Made by a program: the position numbers and the translations under genes. Shown in pieces: positions 13,301 through 26,526 of a stretch of DNA of 64,000 bases. The notes beneath the pieces are model-generated. The model saw only the letters and a program-made list of their open reading frames with translations, was not told the DNA's origin and did not search any database. The stretch is taken from the NCBI RefSeq assembly GCF_018977255.1, contig NW_024704754.1, positions 18,786,001 through 18,850,000 of the forward strand, in the 5' to 3' direction. Position 1 is the first letter of the stretch. Each line of letters starts with the position of its first letter. Source of the DNA: Callorhinchus milii (taxonomy: Eukaryota).

Positions 13301-15811
13301 GGGGGGGGAGAATGTGAATTGGGAAGGTTAGGAGGCAGAATGTTTCCGGTATGTCGGCTGCCATTTTGAAACAAGCCTCTGCGAGAGGGAAATCAGAGCC
13401 TGAAATTCCCCCAGGTCTCAGGCTGTCAGATCTTAAGCCTGTTTTAAGAGTTTAAGCAGTTCCTAACCTTTTGCAACAGAGCGAAATCCAAGCCTTTCAC
13501 CAAGTGAGTGTGCTCCATGTCACCACCCAAAAACTTGGACTCCTGGATCAGCTGTCGGCGTTTCTCAGCCGCGGATTTATCCCTGCATCAAAAAAAAATC
13601 ATTAAAGACAAATGTTTCCGAGGTTTCCAAGCAGCACGTGGCAATTATCATAACCAACCCGGTTTAGGCAAATCATAATTCCCCTCTGCTCTATATACAA
13701 AGTGGGAGTGGAACCCATGCCCGAGTGTCCATTCATCTACTCACGCTTCCGCTGTGGGTCCCACCGCTCTGTAGTTTGCTGTTGTGCTGATAAGTTCCGT
13801 CTCCTCGTAATCTTTGTTGACGCCGTCTCTTCTCTCCCGTGCTCGGTCCCGGTATTTCTCCGCCAGCTCCCTCTCTCGCTCCAGCTCCTGCTGCCGCAGC
13901 TTTGCGTAGTAGCTGAAAGTCAAGAGACGCTGTGTGAGAGGAGACATCCTCACTGGTACACACACATACCTACACATACACACACACACATCTGCTCATT
14001 CACATTTTTCTTTAAATCGTTAGCTAAGATCCTGCTCCTTCGTTAGCTTCAATGAAAGTAAATCCATTGTCATATTGCTGGACGGCACAGACTGATCACG
14101 ACTTTAGTTACTGATCACCCGACTGTTTGGTACCTTTTCTTTTTCCTCCTTCGGGCGGCGGGATCATCCTCCTCGTTGTATTCCCGTGGCATCCTGCAAT
14201 AAGACACTTGGTTAAAGGAATGTGGAGGAACAAATCTAACGCTGAGGGCCATGTCACGTAAAACAAGGCAAGATTCCAATCTTCAAGCAATATAATTGAG
14301 GTTCATTTTAATGCCCGTTATTTTTGACCCTATAACCAAGCACCACCCCACCTCCCAGTCCTGCCCAGCCCCGCACTCACTCATGTTGCCGTGTTTTCGA
14401 AGGTGGAGCAGATGATGGCGTTGACCGTGGGGTCATCAACAACTTTCGGAAGTCCTCATTGGTCAGTTTGGACCTGTGTGGGGGTGGGGGGGGGGAAGAG
14501 AGGGCGAGAAAAAAAAATGTAATTCAACCAGGAAAGGCAACCAACGAACAAGCTGAAAGCACCCGCAGTGTGACAGCACCCAGGTGCATTAGAAAGCACT
14601 AGCAGCAGTCATTTAGGCTATTCAGTCACTTGGGTTGCATTCTTTATCAACGTTCATGGCGCAGGATGTTTGCTGAGAACATTCTGAGGTGACAAGTCCG
14701 CGCCCCAACCGTCCGCCGACGATTCTCTTGCAGACGTCCGCGAGTGGGTGATACTCACTGGTTCAACGACCGAGGATCTTCCACCTCGTGTGAGTCCGGT
14801 GCCAGGGGGTTGGAAAACGGTTCATCTGTGGAGAGACGAGGCCGGAGAAACCGAGTTACAACCAAAATCCTCTCCGGACTAAACAGAACCTGCATCCGCA
14901 CCCTGAGAGCCCAGACGAGGCTCCCCTCCAAACCCCACAACATCCAAACGTCAGGGACGGACGGGACACCCACAACTGTGCTCGAAACTTACAAACTCAC
15001 ACATGGAATGGTCTTTAGGCCCCAACGCTGCGGATGTTCCCCCCACTCTCTCCTTAATAATAATCCCTGCATTCGCTACAGTGGCGTTTGGAAGGACGTC
15101 TCAAAAGCGCTTCGCGGGATTTACGTGGGAAGCGGAGTGACCGAGTACGCGGACGAGGCGGCAACGCAACGGCGCACAGCAACGCCCCCGCGAACAGCAA
15201 CTCGCGTCCACACACACTGGGGGGGGCAGTGCCTCGGACCACTCGGTAACAAGTCCTCGCGGTACCGCGCGGCGCCTTATCAGGACAGAGGTCGTTGAGA
15301 GGCGTCTCGAAGCGCTTCACAGGATCTCCGGTCAAGTGGAGTGACTGCGTTTTGTGGGCAAAACAACAGAAGGGGATCGACAGATTGTACAGATAAACAG
15401 AGAGAGTGAGAGAGAGAGATTAGTGTTGTTAGGCAGAGCCTGAGGCCTCGCGGTGTGGTTCCTGTGGCGGGGGGGAGGGGGAGGGGGTGTGGGGGGGTGT
15501 GGGGGTGTTGGGGTGTGTGTGTGGGGGTGTGGGGGGGTGTGGAGGGGGTGTGGGGGGAGGGGGGGGGTGTGGGGGTGTGGGGGGGAGGGGGGTGTGGGGG
15601 GGAGGGGGGTGTGGGGGTGTGGGGGGGTGTGGGGGGGGTGTGGGGGGTGTGGGGTGTGGGGGGGGGGGGGGTGTGGGGGGGAGGGGGGGTGTGGGGGGGG
15701 GGTGTGGAGGGGGTGTAGGGGGGGGGGGGGGGGTGTGGGGGGAGGGGGGGGTGTGGGGGGGCAGCGCACCGGGTCAGTCTCGGTGAGATACTCACTGTCC
15801 CTTTCCGGCAT
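7380..15811 (-). CDS. IK: Protein RED / IK (spliceosomal B-complex protein), 20 coding exons
   Basis: Exons (minus): 15796-15811, 14759-14825, 14381-14473, 14134-14193, 13745-13912, 13468-13582, 13217-13287, 12713-12759, 12254-12417, 11677-11785, 11320-11365, 10725-10935, 10241-10259, 9789-9867, 9221-9301, 9044-9101, 8713-8801, 8425-8533, 7802-7836, 7380-7407. They splice in frame: MPERDNEPFSNPLAP...SKLTNEDFRKLLMTPR...FLGGDMEHTHLVKGLDFALLQK...RE repeat...GNKKGPLGRWDFDTQEEYSEYMNNKEALPK...VEVKRPKY*, matching vertebrate RED. Confidence 0.97.
9302..9788 (-). other. U12-type (minor spliceosome) intron of IK with apparent AT-AA termini
   Basis: Minus-strand donor ATATCCTT (9788-9781), branch site TCCTTAAC (9320-9313). 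Keeping the frame requires the intron to end ...CTTAA at 9302. Confidence 0.85.
15470..15762. repeat. G-rich tandem repeat in IK intron 1
   Basis: (GGGGGTGT)n-like. Confidence 0.9.
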
Positions 15812-16280
15812 GTTGGCCCCTGTGGTCTCGAGCTCAGGCCGCGAGTATCTGACGTGAAGTGTACCCGCCTCCCCGGACCTCTCCGCCTCCCCGGACCTCT
15901 CCGCCTCCCCGGACCTCTCCCGCCGCTCTGGGCCTCTCCGCCGCTCTGGGCCTTTCCCGCCGCCGAGTGTCAACAACCGCCGCACATCCACCGACTGCTC
16001 CGGTGTCGACTGGTCACGGCTGGGCGAGAACCCCGCCCACGTCCTTCAACCCCATTGGCTGACGGACATGCCAATCACCCTCCCCTCTGCTGCGATTCGT
16101 TACCCGTGAGTGACGTCGGCAGCGATCAATCAGAGCCCCGCCTGCATTCCCCACCGCCATTGGCTGCTGGAGCCGCTGCCTATTGGCTGACAGTCACGAG
16201 TGACGTTTCTAGGGACCAATTAGCGTGACGCAGTACTGCGGGACCTGGAGCTGATTGGTCGGTGGGGCTCAGGTAACAAC
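15812..16280. promoter_or_regulatory. Bidirectional IK/NDUFA2 promoter (CpG-rich, several CCAAT boxes and CRE-like sites)
   Basis: Divergent ATGs at 15811 and 16281. CCAAT/ATTGG near 16054, 16071, 16159, 16182, 16216 and 16254; TGACG motifs near 15850, 16111, 16201 and 16226. Confidence 0.8.
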
Positions 16281-16810
16281 ATGGCGGCCGCCGTGGTCAG
16301 AGGCATCGGCTCGCGGTTGAGCGGAAACCTCCGGGAGGTCAGACTGCACCTGTGCCAGAGGTCGGCGGCCAGTCAGGGGGTCAGGTGGGTAAGGCCGGGC
16401 CTGAGGCCGGGCCTCGGACACTGACACACACCGGCCGGGGGTCAGGGGAGAGGCCTGGAGGCCGGTCGGCTCCTCCTGACACCCTGTGAGGGGGCGGCGG
16501 GGGTTGAGGTGGAGGGGGTGAAGGTGGAGGGGGTGAAGGTGGTGGAGGGGGTGAAGGTGGAGGAGGTGGAGGGGGTGGAGGTGGAGGGGGTGAAGGTGGA
16601 GGGGGTGAAGGTGGAGGAGGGGGGTGAAGGTGGAGGGGGGGTGAGGAGGTGGAGGGGGTGAGGTGGAGGGGGGGGTGGGGGGTGAAGGTGGAGGGGGTGA
16701 AGGTGGAGGAGGTGGGGGGGGAGGTGGGGGGGGGGAGGTGGAGGGGGGGGGGTGGAGGTGGAGGGGGGGGGGGGGGGGGGGGGTGAGGTGGAGGGGGGTG
16801 GGAAGGTGGA

Positions 16811-16841
<31 letters not shown>

Positions 16842-16882
16842 GGGGAGGGGAGGGGGGAGGTGGAGGGGTGAGGTGGGGGGGT

Positions 16883-16923
<41 letters not shown>

Positions 16924-17875
16924 GGTGGAGGGGGTGAGTGGGGGTGAGGTGGAGGGGGGGGGGGGGGGGGTGAAGGGGGGGGTGGGTGGAGGGGGGGGGG
17001 GGGGGAGGGGGGGGGGAGGTGGAGGAGGTGGAGGAGGGGGGGGTGGAGGGGTGAAGGTGGAGGAGGGGGTGGAGGTGGAGGGGGTGGAGGAGGTGGAGAG
17101 GGTGGAGGAGGTGAAGGTGGAGGGGGTAATGTGTGAGGGAGGTACCCCATTAACAGTTTGTTTGTTGGGTACTAATATTGTGTCATACAATATTAAGTTG
17201 TATCATACTGTCCCCCCATCCCCCACCCGCCAAAAAAAATGTCACTGGTCACTCGATCCGCGCCTGTTTGTGCGGACGCCACTGTGCGAAATTGGCTGCT
17301 GCGTTTCGCCCACAAGATACACAGTCAATCCCACTTCACGGTATATTCTGTGAAGCGCTTTGAGACGTCCCAACGCCGTGACAAGCTGCCGCGTCCAATG
17401 CAACGATCATCATTCTTATCCCCAACCACTTGTCAGCATGTCAGTGGATAGTAACGTTTTCCATGATTTTTCTTCCAAAAGGGAATTCGTTGAACAGCAC
17501 TATGTGACGCTGAAGAAGGCAAATCTAGAATTTCCCATACTAATCCGGGAGTGCGCGGAAGTGCAACCTAAACTGTGGGCTCGATATGGTAAGAGATACT
17601 GACTATAAAACACTTGGAGACCATTTGAACGACTATAAGCTGCTACGGATAATCCTACATTAGAAAAATATTATGAAAGACCTGTTACTCAGTATTTTTC
17701 TGACGGAAGTGTTGGATCTGTGGGAAAAGGGGACTGAAAGATTGTACCTGGTTATTGTTTTTTCTTCTCCTGTTTAGATTTTGGGAGAGAGCAAAGCATA
17801 CCACTGGATAATTTAAACTCCGAGCAAGTGGCAAAGGCCTTGGAGACTCTCATTAACCGCAATCCTTTAAAATAA
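16281..17875 (+). CDS. NDUFA2: NADH dehydrogenase [ubiquinone] 1 alpha subcomplex subunit 2 (102 aa)
   Basis: Exons 16281-16384, 17482-17588, 17778-17875: [83 protein letters not shown]...*. AATAAA at 17978-17983. Confidence 0.97.
16500..17126. repeat. G-rich tandem repeat in NDUFA2 intron 1
   Basis: (GGTGGAGGGGGTGAA)n-like with poly-G runs. Confidence 0.9.
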
Positions 17876-18079
17876 GGACTGAATACTGAGGGATATTTAA
17901 AAAAAGGACGTGGGATATTAGCTGTTCTTCGGCTGCTTTCACAGTGGAAGGTCTTCAGTAAATTAAAATGTAACTATAATAAACATATTTAAAACACACT
18001 TGTCTTGTTTCAAATATCATTGGTCTGAAAGGGAAACTGTTAATAAAGCGCACTATAAATGAATTAAATATTTATGTGC

Positions 18080-18430
18080 CCCATTGCTCCCCACCTCTGC
18101 AACCTTCTAACCTCCTACCAACCTGCCCGCTCCCTACGCTCAGCGGGCTCTGGCCTACTTTACGTCCCCCACCTTGCCCGCCCCACCATTGGCGGGCGGA
18201 CCTTCAGCCACTCTGCCCCCACCCTCTGGAACACCTCCCTGCGACTCACCCCCTCCCTGGCCTCCTTCAAGACCCTCCTCTTCGACCGTACTTTCGGTTA
18301 CCCTCCTTCCCCCGCCCGCCATCCACCCTCCCCAGTCCCGACCCTCAGCTTAGGTCCGAAACACTGATTGTCCAGTGCCTTGGTACGTCTTCCCGACATT
18401 AAAGAAATGTAATTTTGTTGTTGTAGTCTT
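18080..18430 (+). mobile_element. L2-clade LINE 3' fragment
   Basis: Translation YQPARSLRSAGSGLLYVP...IGGRTFSHSAPTLWN...SFKTLLFDRTF is typical of the L2 ORF2 C-terminus. A 3' UTR ending in (TTG)n follows. Similar fragments at ~30210-30455, 31390-31720, 53415-53670 and 59700-59950(-). Confidence 0.8.
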
Positions 18431-19063
18431 ACAAATGGCCACTGTTTATAGAGCTGAGATTGCCCCACATTCCTTTCACTTGGATTCCTTTAACTCCATT
18501 ATTCCTTTCACTTCCAGCTGTCTGAAATGGATACAAGCCCAGTGTCCCATACACATGCACACATTTGCCAATTAATTATAACAAGGCAGAGCTACAATAA
18601 AAGTCTTCTGAAACTTTACACTAATTGTAACAAGACAGCACACCCATTTGTTCATTTCAAATAATTTAATTTCAGTAAAAAATAGTTTCAAACAAAAAAA
18701 TGTGATCGTATTAGGTGTTTAATAAGACCATGGTTCCTTTACTCATCGTGGGTTGTACATAATCTGTTGTCAGTAAACACAAAACTATTTTAATTCAGCA
18801 ACAAGATGTTTAATAAATTGCAGATCTTTTGGTCCACAGGATTGAAAGATCATTGCAATATCCTCTCAGGTGTTGGCAACAGCACATCCATTTGACACAT
18901 ACAGTACCTGGCGTCCTCCAGTGCAGTGATTCCGTGACCCATCTATTACCGCTTCATGTTCAGTTAAGCACAGCTGCTGAAAGTGAGGCTCAGAACTCTT
19001 GTTCTGCCCGAAGTGTACTCGAACTGTCCATTAGCCACATGCGGAAGATTCCCAGACTTCAAA

Positions 19064-22000
19064 CTATGAGCCCTGAAGACAGAAAGAAAATAAACTGATA
19101 AACACATGGCAACGCAGATAGCTCCGGTCAAATACACTGGAGGCCAAAGACAGCTCATCTCAGAAGGGCTCATAGCTTCTTCCCATCTGCTAGGCTTAGG
19201 GCGATCAGCTTTTGCACCAGGCTATCGTGTGTGGGTCATCTTAAAACTATGTGCGACGTGTGGCCACTCAAGCAAGGTGTCGGGAGGAAATTAATTAAGC
19301 TGTTCCTTGATACTCTTCAGGCCAATTAAAAGATTTAACGGAGGAGACTCCAGGCAAAGAGTCTTTTCTACACAACAACAAAATTACATTTGTATAGTGA
19401 CTTTCATGTCGGGAGGACGTCCAAAGCAAATCGTATCAAAGTGACCCAACGAGGCTAACTCTGCATTCGTTGCTTACCTCGCTCTGCTGCGTGAAGTATT
19501 TGTCCATCAGGAAGTGGGCACGGACTCGAATCTCCTCGTTTGCATTGTACTGAATGGCCTCCACGGCCTGGACCCCATCTTGCTTCACAAACTCTACATA
19601 GGCCTGTGAGAAGCAATGGGAGCATTAGACAGGGGGAGGTGGGGGGTCAGGCCTATCAGGCAGAGCTCCGTACAACACAGCGCACCATCTGTGAACAATA
19701 ATCCTCGCATTTGATACAGCGCCTTATCACGTCTTTGAGACATCTCAAAGAATATGCTGCAGAGTGAATTGACTATATTTCTATATTTTCTGGGTGAAAT
19801 GCGGGAGATAATTGCGCACAGAAGTGTCCCACAAACAGTCGCGGATTGAGTAACTAAATTATTATTATTTATCCTTTATTTTTTTTCAGTCAATATGTTA
19901 GTCTATTATGAACAAACCGAGCAGTTGCTTTGTGAGTGTGACAGCCTCACCTCTGGGCAGTGTAAGAAGATCATGTTCAGCACTTCCAGTGCCAGACGCA
20001 CCACTTCCACATCAGCCATCCGGAGAGCGCAGCACAAAGCAGGCGTGACGTCCGCCTGGTACAGTCGCTGGCAGGTCTCTGGGCCCAGCTCAGCTACATT
20101 GCCCAGCACCAGCAGTGCCTGTCAGCACACATCATAGGGGAGCATGCTGCATATTTATCAGGGTGAGAACTCGCTGCAATATTAACAACTGCTGTTTCAC
20201 TTGGACCGGACTAGTGATCTGTGCACCTCGTTCAGTATCAAGCACAGATATTTCAAACTAGCTAACCAAACACTATCACTGTAACACAGTGCGCACCGAC
20301 CCACCCACCCACACACAAGACCAGATTCCCCGCCAGGCGCCCACTTACCTGAGTGTTTATTCCCCCTGAGAATGGGATCAGGCGGAGAAACATGGGGACC
20401 AGATTCAGACCCAGCACAGCCGAGCAAAACAGAGCGTCACCAGCTGCAGGGAGGGATGGGAAGTGGGAAAGAGGTGAATATGATTCATCAATGGCCTGGA
20501 TTTCCGCAGTTTGTTCAGTGAAATGAAATGCTCACAACAACAACTTGCATTAAATAGCACCCCGCACTCTGGGTAGTGTCCCAGAGCGCTTAATCCTCAC
20601 CTGTGAGGTTGTTGAAGAGCCAGAGACACTCCCGTGCCACAAAGGGCTGAGTGTGTAAGAAGCTTGTGATGAAGAGACCGAGGGTTGGCAGGAGGTCGCT
20701 TTGTTGGATCTGAGCTTTGCACTGATTTGTCTCCTCGCCGGCGATGAGATTTCCCAAACAGCGCACCACAGGGATGATCAGCTGAAGCCACAGTGGGGGT
20801 CGGTGGGGGTGGGGGGGGAGAGAAGCAAGGTTCAGACATGTTATTTTGCCCTCAGTGTTTGAACCAGCTCTGTATTGGGCATCAAGTGACACATTAGCAC
20901 AGAGTGTCTGGTGTAAGTAATAATAATAATAATAATCCTTGCATTTGTTATAGCGCCTTATCACGGCGTTGAGACGTCTCAAAGCGCTGCAATGGATATA
21001 CTGTAAAGTGGATTGATTGTATATTTTGTAGACAAAATAATAATACTGTACATCCTAGGAACAGCTTCTCGAGTGTCTTAAACTCACACCTCAATTGCCA
21101 ACTACTGTATCCATCATCTCCCCACACCCATCTGTCAATGAGCACACTGATGCCGATCTGTCTATGAAGCACTTTAAGACGAGTGCTGTGGTGACTGGTA
21201 TCACAGCCCACGAGAGGAGATGACAAGTCTCGGCTCCTGTACTTACCAAATGTACAGTGTCCGGAGGTGTCGCTGACCCAGGTTTGCCCAGAGCGATCAG
21301 GAGTGTCACTGCTCGACTCACAATGTCCTGAGAGACCAGATGTTCACTGATGGCACCACTGCAGGGAGAAGAGACAACGGTTTATTCAGTGCTCCTGGCT
21401 GGAGAGTATGTAAGTGGACACAATGTAATGGAGAACAGGACGACTGTTGGCACTCAGACACACGCACACAGGACAGACAGTTACCTGCTGATAATGTAGT
21501 GCAGACACCAGGCACTCTCCACAGCTGCCCACACCCCACACTGGGAGTCCGCAACCAACAGCTGGAGTAGCAGAGGAATCACCTTAGCCACCAGCTCAGC
21601 GCTGCAGAGTAACAGAGAAAACCTTATTCCTCCCGAATTGGATTTCAGTTACAGATCAGTCATGATCGTATCGATTGGTGGAACAGGCTCGAGGGGCTGA
21701 ATGGCCTCCTCCTGTTTCTATCGCAGCAGCGTTAAACAGGAGAAGACCTTTCATTCCATTGAGCCCACTCACTATTCCCTTCCTCCCACAATCCACAGGT
21801 TCTCTGACACTGTCTATAACAGACAGCTCGTCCGAAATCATAGTGAGGGCCAACAGACAGCGTTACAATAATAATAATCCTTGCATTTGACACAGCGCCT
21901 TATCACTCGTTGAAACGTCTCAAAGCGCTTCACGGGGTATACTGTAAAGTGGAGTGACTGTGTATTTTGTGGGCGAAACAAAATCCCATTGTGTCTGAAG

Positions 22001-24648
22001 GGCAAGAGACAATGTGATTGGGTTGGATGAACCCGCTCCGGAGTCTGATGGCCAGATTGACCGTGAGTTTGTTCTGCGCTCAGCCACAAACCCCCGCCCA
22101 CCCCCACCGGGTTACGGGCGTCAGAAGCCACTTACGGTACAATGTTGTGGGCTGACTCCTTGCCCTGCAGGAGCTGTGAGAGTGAATAGGCCGCAGCCTC
22201 CACCACGGCTCCCTCAGATGACTGTAACACAGACAGGATTGTCAACCGTATGTGTGCGATACCAGATGATGTCTTGGTAACAAGCAATAGCACCGAACTG
22301 CAGAGGGTGGTGATAATGTGAACATTTCTGCCACAAACCACAGTTCAAAGAAAATAATAACAGCCCAGACAAATGGCCTGTTTCTGTGCTGTAACAATGA
22401 CGATATTCAGGGCTGCACGTTCACAATGCTGTGTGTGGGGCGTGACTCACCTGTAGACAGGTAGCAAGCGCGTGAATCACACCCTGTGCCATGAGCTGCC
22501 TCCTGACCGCTGCATTCTCTGCTGCCAGGTTCCCCAGAATGTACAGACACAGCTCCTGCAACACAGTGACGCAAGCCCAGCTTGTATCCGAGAGAACTTC
22601 ACGCAGCACGGCGCGGTTGTGGTCTCGCTGGCGCGTGGGCGAAACCCTTACCGTGAATCTCACGCTCCGGCCCGACAGGTAAGTCAGGAGATAGGGAGTC
22701 GCAGGCAAACAGAGCAGAGAGATACTGGGGTCGTCTGAGTGAGAGAGCTCCAGCAAACAACCTGCTGCTTCCAGCTGTACCGAGGCAAGGTTACTGGTGA
22801 ACAGACCCACCAGGACATGCAGACTGCTGTCCAGGCTGCAAAAGAGCAGAACGTTAAGCTACTGACTGCCCGGACATTGTTACTGGTTCCAATGTGTCTC
22901 ATTTACAAATCTGAATCATACAAGTACAGAATGTTATAGTACAGACCCATCTGTCAGCCTTAATAATAATAATCCTTGCAATTGATATAGCACCGTGTCA
23001 CATCACTGAGATGTCTCAAAGTGCTTCACAGGGTATTGTAAAGTGTTTTTGTGAGCAAAACGCAGCAGCCAATTGCGCACAGCAGTGTCCCACGAACGGT
23101 CGTGGATTGAATGACCAAATTTGTTAATTTTTTTAAGGAAATTTTACCACCAGAAAGCGATCCACCAATGAACTAACACCAGGCTCCTACTAGTTGATGC
23201 GAGGTAAACAGACACGTGTGGAGTAAGGAAACTTGCCTAAGGTTACGCACCAATGTGCTTTTCTCTGGTACCCAACCGGGCTGAGAACCCAGGAGCCCAG
23301 GACGTCAGGAGTACCTGAGAAACGTCTGCTGTACCTCCTTCTGCTGGAGTGCCCGGCGCAGGCACCGCAAAGCCACGAGTCTGTCTTCAGTTCCCAGTTG
23401 GATCCTCTGGTGTAGCTGCAAAACCTGAAGCGATGAGAGACGAGAGGGTATTACAGCAGGGACTCCGACCGGAGTACGGATGAGGATTGATTACAGCGCA
23501 GGTAGTTTCAGGCAATGGTGTCTGACCTCCTCTCGGGTCAGTGGGCTTTCTGCGGTTTCCATCCTATCTCCATCCTCCCACACGTCCCTCAGCAATCTCT
23601 TGCTGACCAGCTGCTTCTCCTTGCGGGCCTTCCTGAGAGCTGCGCTCGAAACAGAGGGCAGGGATGAGAGCCGCGTCCGACTACGGCATCGCGCGGAATC
23701 TCACACCGCAACACACGGCGCAGGTCCCGGGAGGGCCATCGGGGCTTTGGCCCTCCGGGGCTGAGGGTGAGACTGGACCACGAGGGTTATCAACTGCAAT
23801 CGCAACCATCGGGTCATCGTAATAATAATAATCGCTTCACTCGACACACAGCGCCTTCTCACGGCGATGAGACGCCTCAAAGCGCTTTCCGGGGGTAACG
23901 GTCCCCCCCCCCCACCCCCCACCCCCAAACATTACGATTTGCCCACTCAACCCCACGGCTGTTTGTGGGGACGTCGCCGGGGACGCAATTGGCCGCCGCG
24001 TTTTGCCCACAAAGCGCACAGTCACTACACGACACAAAGTCACTGCACTGTACACGGTGTCCCGTGAAGAGTCGTCGCGAAGACGGGAGGAGGCGCCGGG
24101 TCAACCGCCGCCATTATTATAGTGTGTGGACCCCCCCCGACCCCCCCACCCGGGGGTCAGACACCCCCCCACCCCCCCACCCGGGGTCAGACACCCCCCA
24201 CCCCCCACCCGGGTCAGACACCCCCCACCCCCCACCCGGTCAGACACCCCCCCCCCCACCCGGGGTCAGACACCCCCCACCCCCCACCCGGGGGTCAGAC
24301 ACCCCCCCACCCCCCCACCCGGGGGTCAGACACCCCCACCCCCCCCGGGGGTCAGACACCCCCCCACCCCCCCACCCGGGGTCAGACACCCCCACCCCCC
24401 ACCCGGGGGTCAGACACCCCCCACCCCCCCACCCGGGGTCAGACACCCCCACCCCCCACCCGGGGGTCAGACACCCCCCCACCCCCCACCCGGGGGTCAG
24501 ACCCCTCCCGGGGTTTGGGGCCTAGTGACAGACTGAAGCCTGGGGCTGGAGTTGGGGACCGGGGCCGCTCACTCTGCTCCTGCTCCCGCCTGCGGCACTT
24601 GAACGCCTCTATGCTGTGCGCTCGGTAACGACCTCTTCCTCGCAGCAT
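19064..24648 (-). CDS. TMCO6: Transmembrane and coiled-coil domain protein 6 (importin-alpha-like ARM repeats), ~493 aa
   Basis: Exons (minus): 24573-24648, 23527-23639, 23315-23424, 22652-22835, 22451-22555, 22136-22221, 21485-21601, 21247-21358, 20601-20781, 20349-20443, 19951-20118, 19478-19603, and putative 19064-19072. IBB-like RRREQEQTLRKARKEKQLVSKRLL and ARM motifs (ELCLYILGNL, ECLWLFNNLT). Tail-to-tail with NDUFA2 as in human. The start codon and last exon are less certain. Confidence 0.9.
24130..24505. repeat. ~29-bp minisatellite in TMCO6 intron 1
   Basis: Repeats of CCCCCACCCGGGGTCAGACACCCC. Confidence 0.9.
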
Positions 24649-25032
24649 AGCCGGGCCTGGGGGGGGGCCGGGCCTGGGGGGGGTCTGAGCCTCGGCCTCT
24701 GCTGTCCGCTGAGCCCGGGCTGGAGGCTGAGAGACCCGGCGTCACCCGCCACCAATGTCGCGCTGCAGCGGCTCCCCGTGGCCACCGCGAGGTACTGCAG
24801 CGCCACAGCTCCGCACTGCCGCCCTCAGGCTGAGGGGGGAACGACAGGGCTCAGGGCCACGTCGTGCGAGACCAGCGATGGCCCAAAGCGCTGCACAGGG
24901 ACTGGTGTCTGTGTGTCTGTCGGTCCGCAGTGTGTGGTCGGTGGACATTACACGACCAATGTCCTGATCAAAGGAGAGTCAAAGCTGTTTCAATAGTTCT
25001 GGCAACAGCTGCAGCTCAGTGGGTGGAGCCGT

Positions 25033-25275
25033 GACCCGGGGGGCGAGCGGACCCGGGGGCGCGAGCGGACCCGGGGGGCGAGCGGACCCGGGGGGCGAGC
25101 GGACCCGGGGGCGAGCGGACCCGGGGGGCGAGCGGACCCGGGGGCGAGCGGACCCGGGGGGCGAGCGGACCCGGGGGGCGAGCGGACCCGGGGGGCGAGC
25201 GGACCCGGGGGGCGAGCGGACCCGGGGGGCGAGCGGACCCGGGGGGCGAGCGGACCCGGGGGGCGAGCGGACCCG
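25033..25275. repeat. ~19-bp CpG-rich minisatellite between TMCO6 and the kinesin-like gene
   Basis: Repeats of GACCCGGGGGGCGAGCG. Confidence 0.92.
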
Positions 25276-26059
25276 TGTCCGCTGGCCGGACAGTTTCCCT
25301 GCTCTCCCCGCGCCCCCCCGTTTCCCGAGTGGTAACCGGGAACCCGGTTGTCCGGCGGTTGGCGGATTGCTTTTCCGGGGCTAATAATCCCTTCAAAAAA
25401 AAAGGAAAAGTAACGATAATTCGGTCACCCGTTCCACGACTGTCTGTGGGACGCGGCTGCGCGCCTTTCGCTGCCGCATTTCGTCCGCAAAGTGTAGTCG
25501 ATTCGCTCTGCGGTGTATTCCGTGAAGCGCTTTGAGATGCCTCAAAGATGTGCAAAGGCGCTATATCAACTGCAAGGATTAGTATTAACAACAACTCGTA
25601 TTATATAACACCTTTCACACGGGATAGTGTCTCGGAGTGAACTTGTGTGTATGGCTCTTAAATAGAGCTCGAGACGAGAGGGGGAGACAGAGTTCGGGGC
25701 TTCTGAGCAATGCAAACAGACAAAACAGAGGCCTTGAATAAAAGTGAAACAGGTTATTAATAATTTACAGTTAATTCCTTCGATTGTAAAACAACGCCGT
25801 TCACCTGATAAAAAATTGACAAGAGATTTGCAGACGAGGAGCTGTGTGTGCACTTGCCGTCTTTTAATTATTGAAGCGCATTTTACAGGATCCCTGATCG
25901 GGGAGTCAGTGTAACCGGCCGCTGCTCCGCTGTAAGCACGATCAGGAATATACGAAGAGGGAAAGCGCACCGACAGGTGAGGATCATCTTCAAAATAGCC
26001 CAACTGGATACCATTCCACTGGGTGCTCGACCTCGGAATGAAAAATAACACAATTGTCC

Positions 26060-26200
26060 TGTTGTCACGGCATAGCTGAAAGGATTGTCCTGGGTTTACT
26101 TTTTCAAACCCATTCGCCATCTTATATACCTCATCAAACTTATCTATCTCTCGCTGAGTTGTCTCTTTGCAAGGCTGAAGATCCCCAGCTTGGCTAGTCA
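26060..26200 (-). mobile_element. CR1-clade LINE fragment
   Basis: EVYKMANGFEKVNPGQSFQLCRDNRT resembles the CR1 ORF2 C-terminal EVYKI..G.DKV....F.L....RT segment. Confidence 0.55.
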
Positions 26201-26526
26201 TTCCTAGTTACAGTTTATCCCTCTAATATATTCTGTGAAGCGCTTTGAGACGTCTAGAAGACGTGAAAAGCGCCATATCAAATGCAAGGAATATTATTAT
26301 TATTATTAACAATGGAAATGAGGTGATTTGCTTCCCTCTGAATCCTCTCTCGGACCTTTTTGGCCGGTGCAGGTCAGGTGTGTGTATTGGGGAGGTGGGG
26401 GGTTGGTTAATGACTGGGAGCCTGATTTTCTGTGGGGCTGACACTGAAGCGCTGAATCCTGAAACCTGTTTGCGTTCCCTGGGACGTAGCGGTGCGACTC
26501 TGCCTTTGTGCTTTGTGTTTCAGACC

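Noticed and set aside
24130-25275. Regularly spaced direct repeats resembling a CRISPR array
   Set aside because: No unique spacers and a vertebrate context. These are minisatellites.
25566-26201. 211-aa minus-strand ORF in the CD14 slot
   Set aside because: The N-terminal part looks like a CR1 ORF2 remnant and the end runs into SINE/L2 tails. It has no LRR or other domain, so it is likely a chance ORF.
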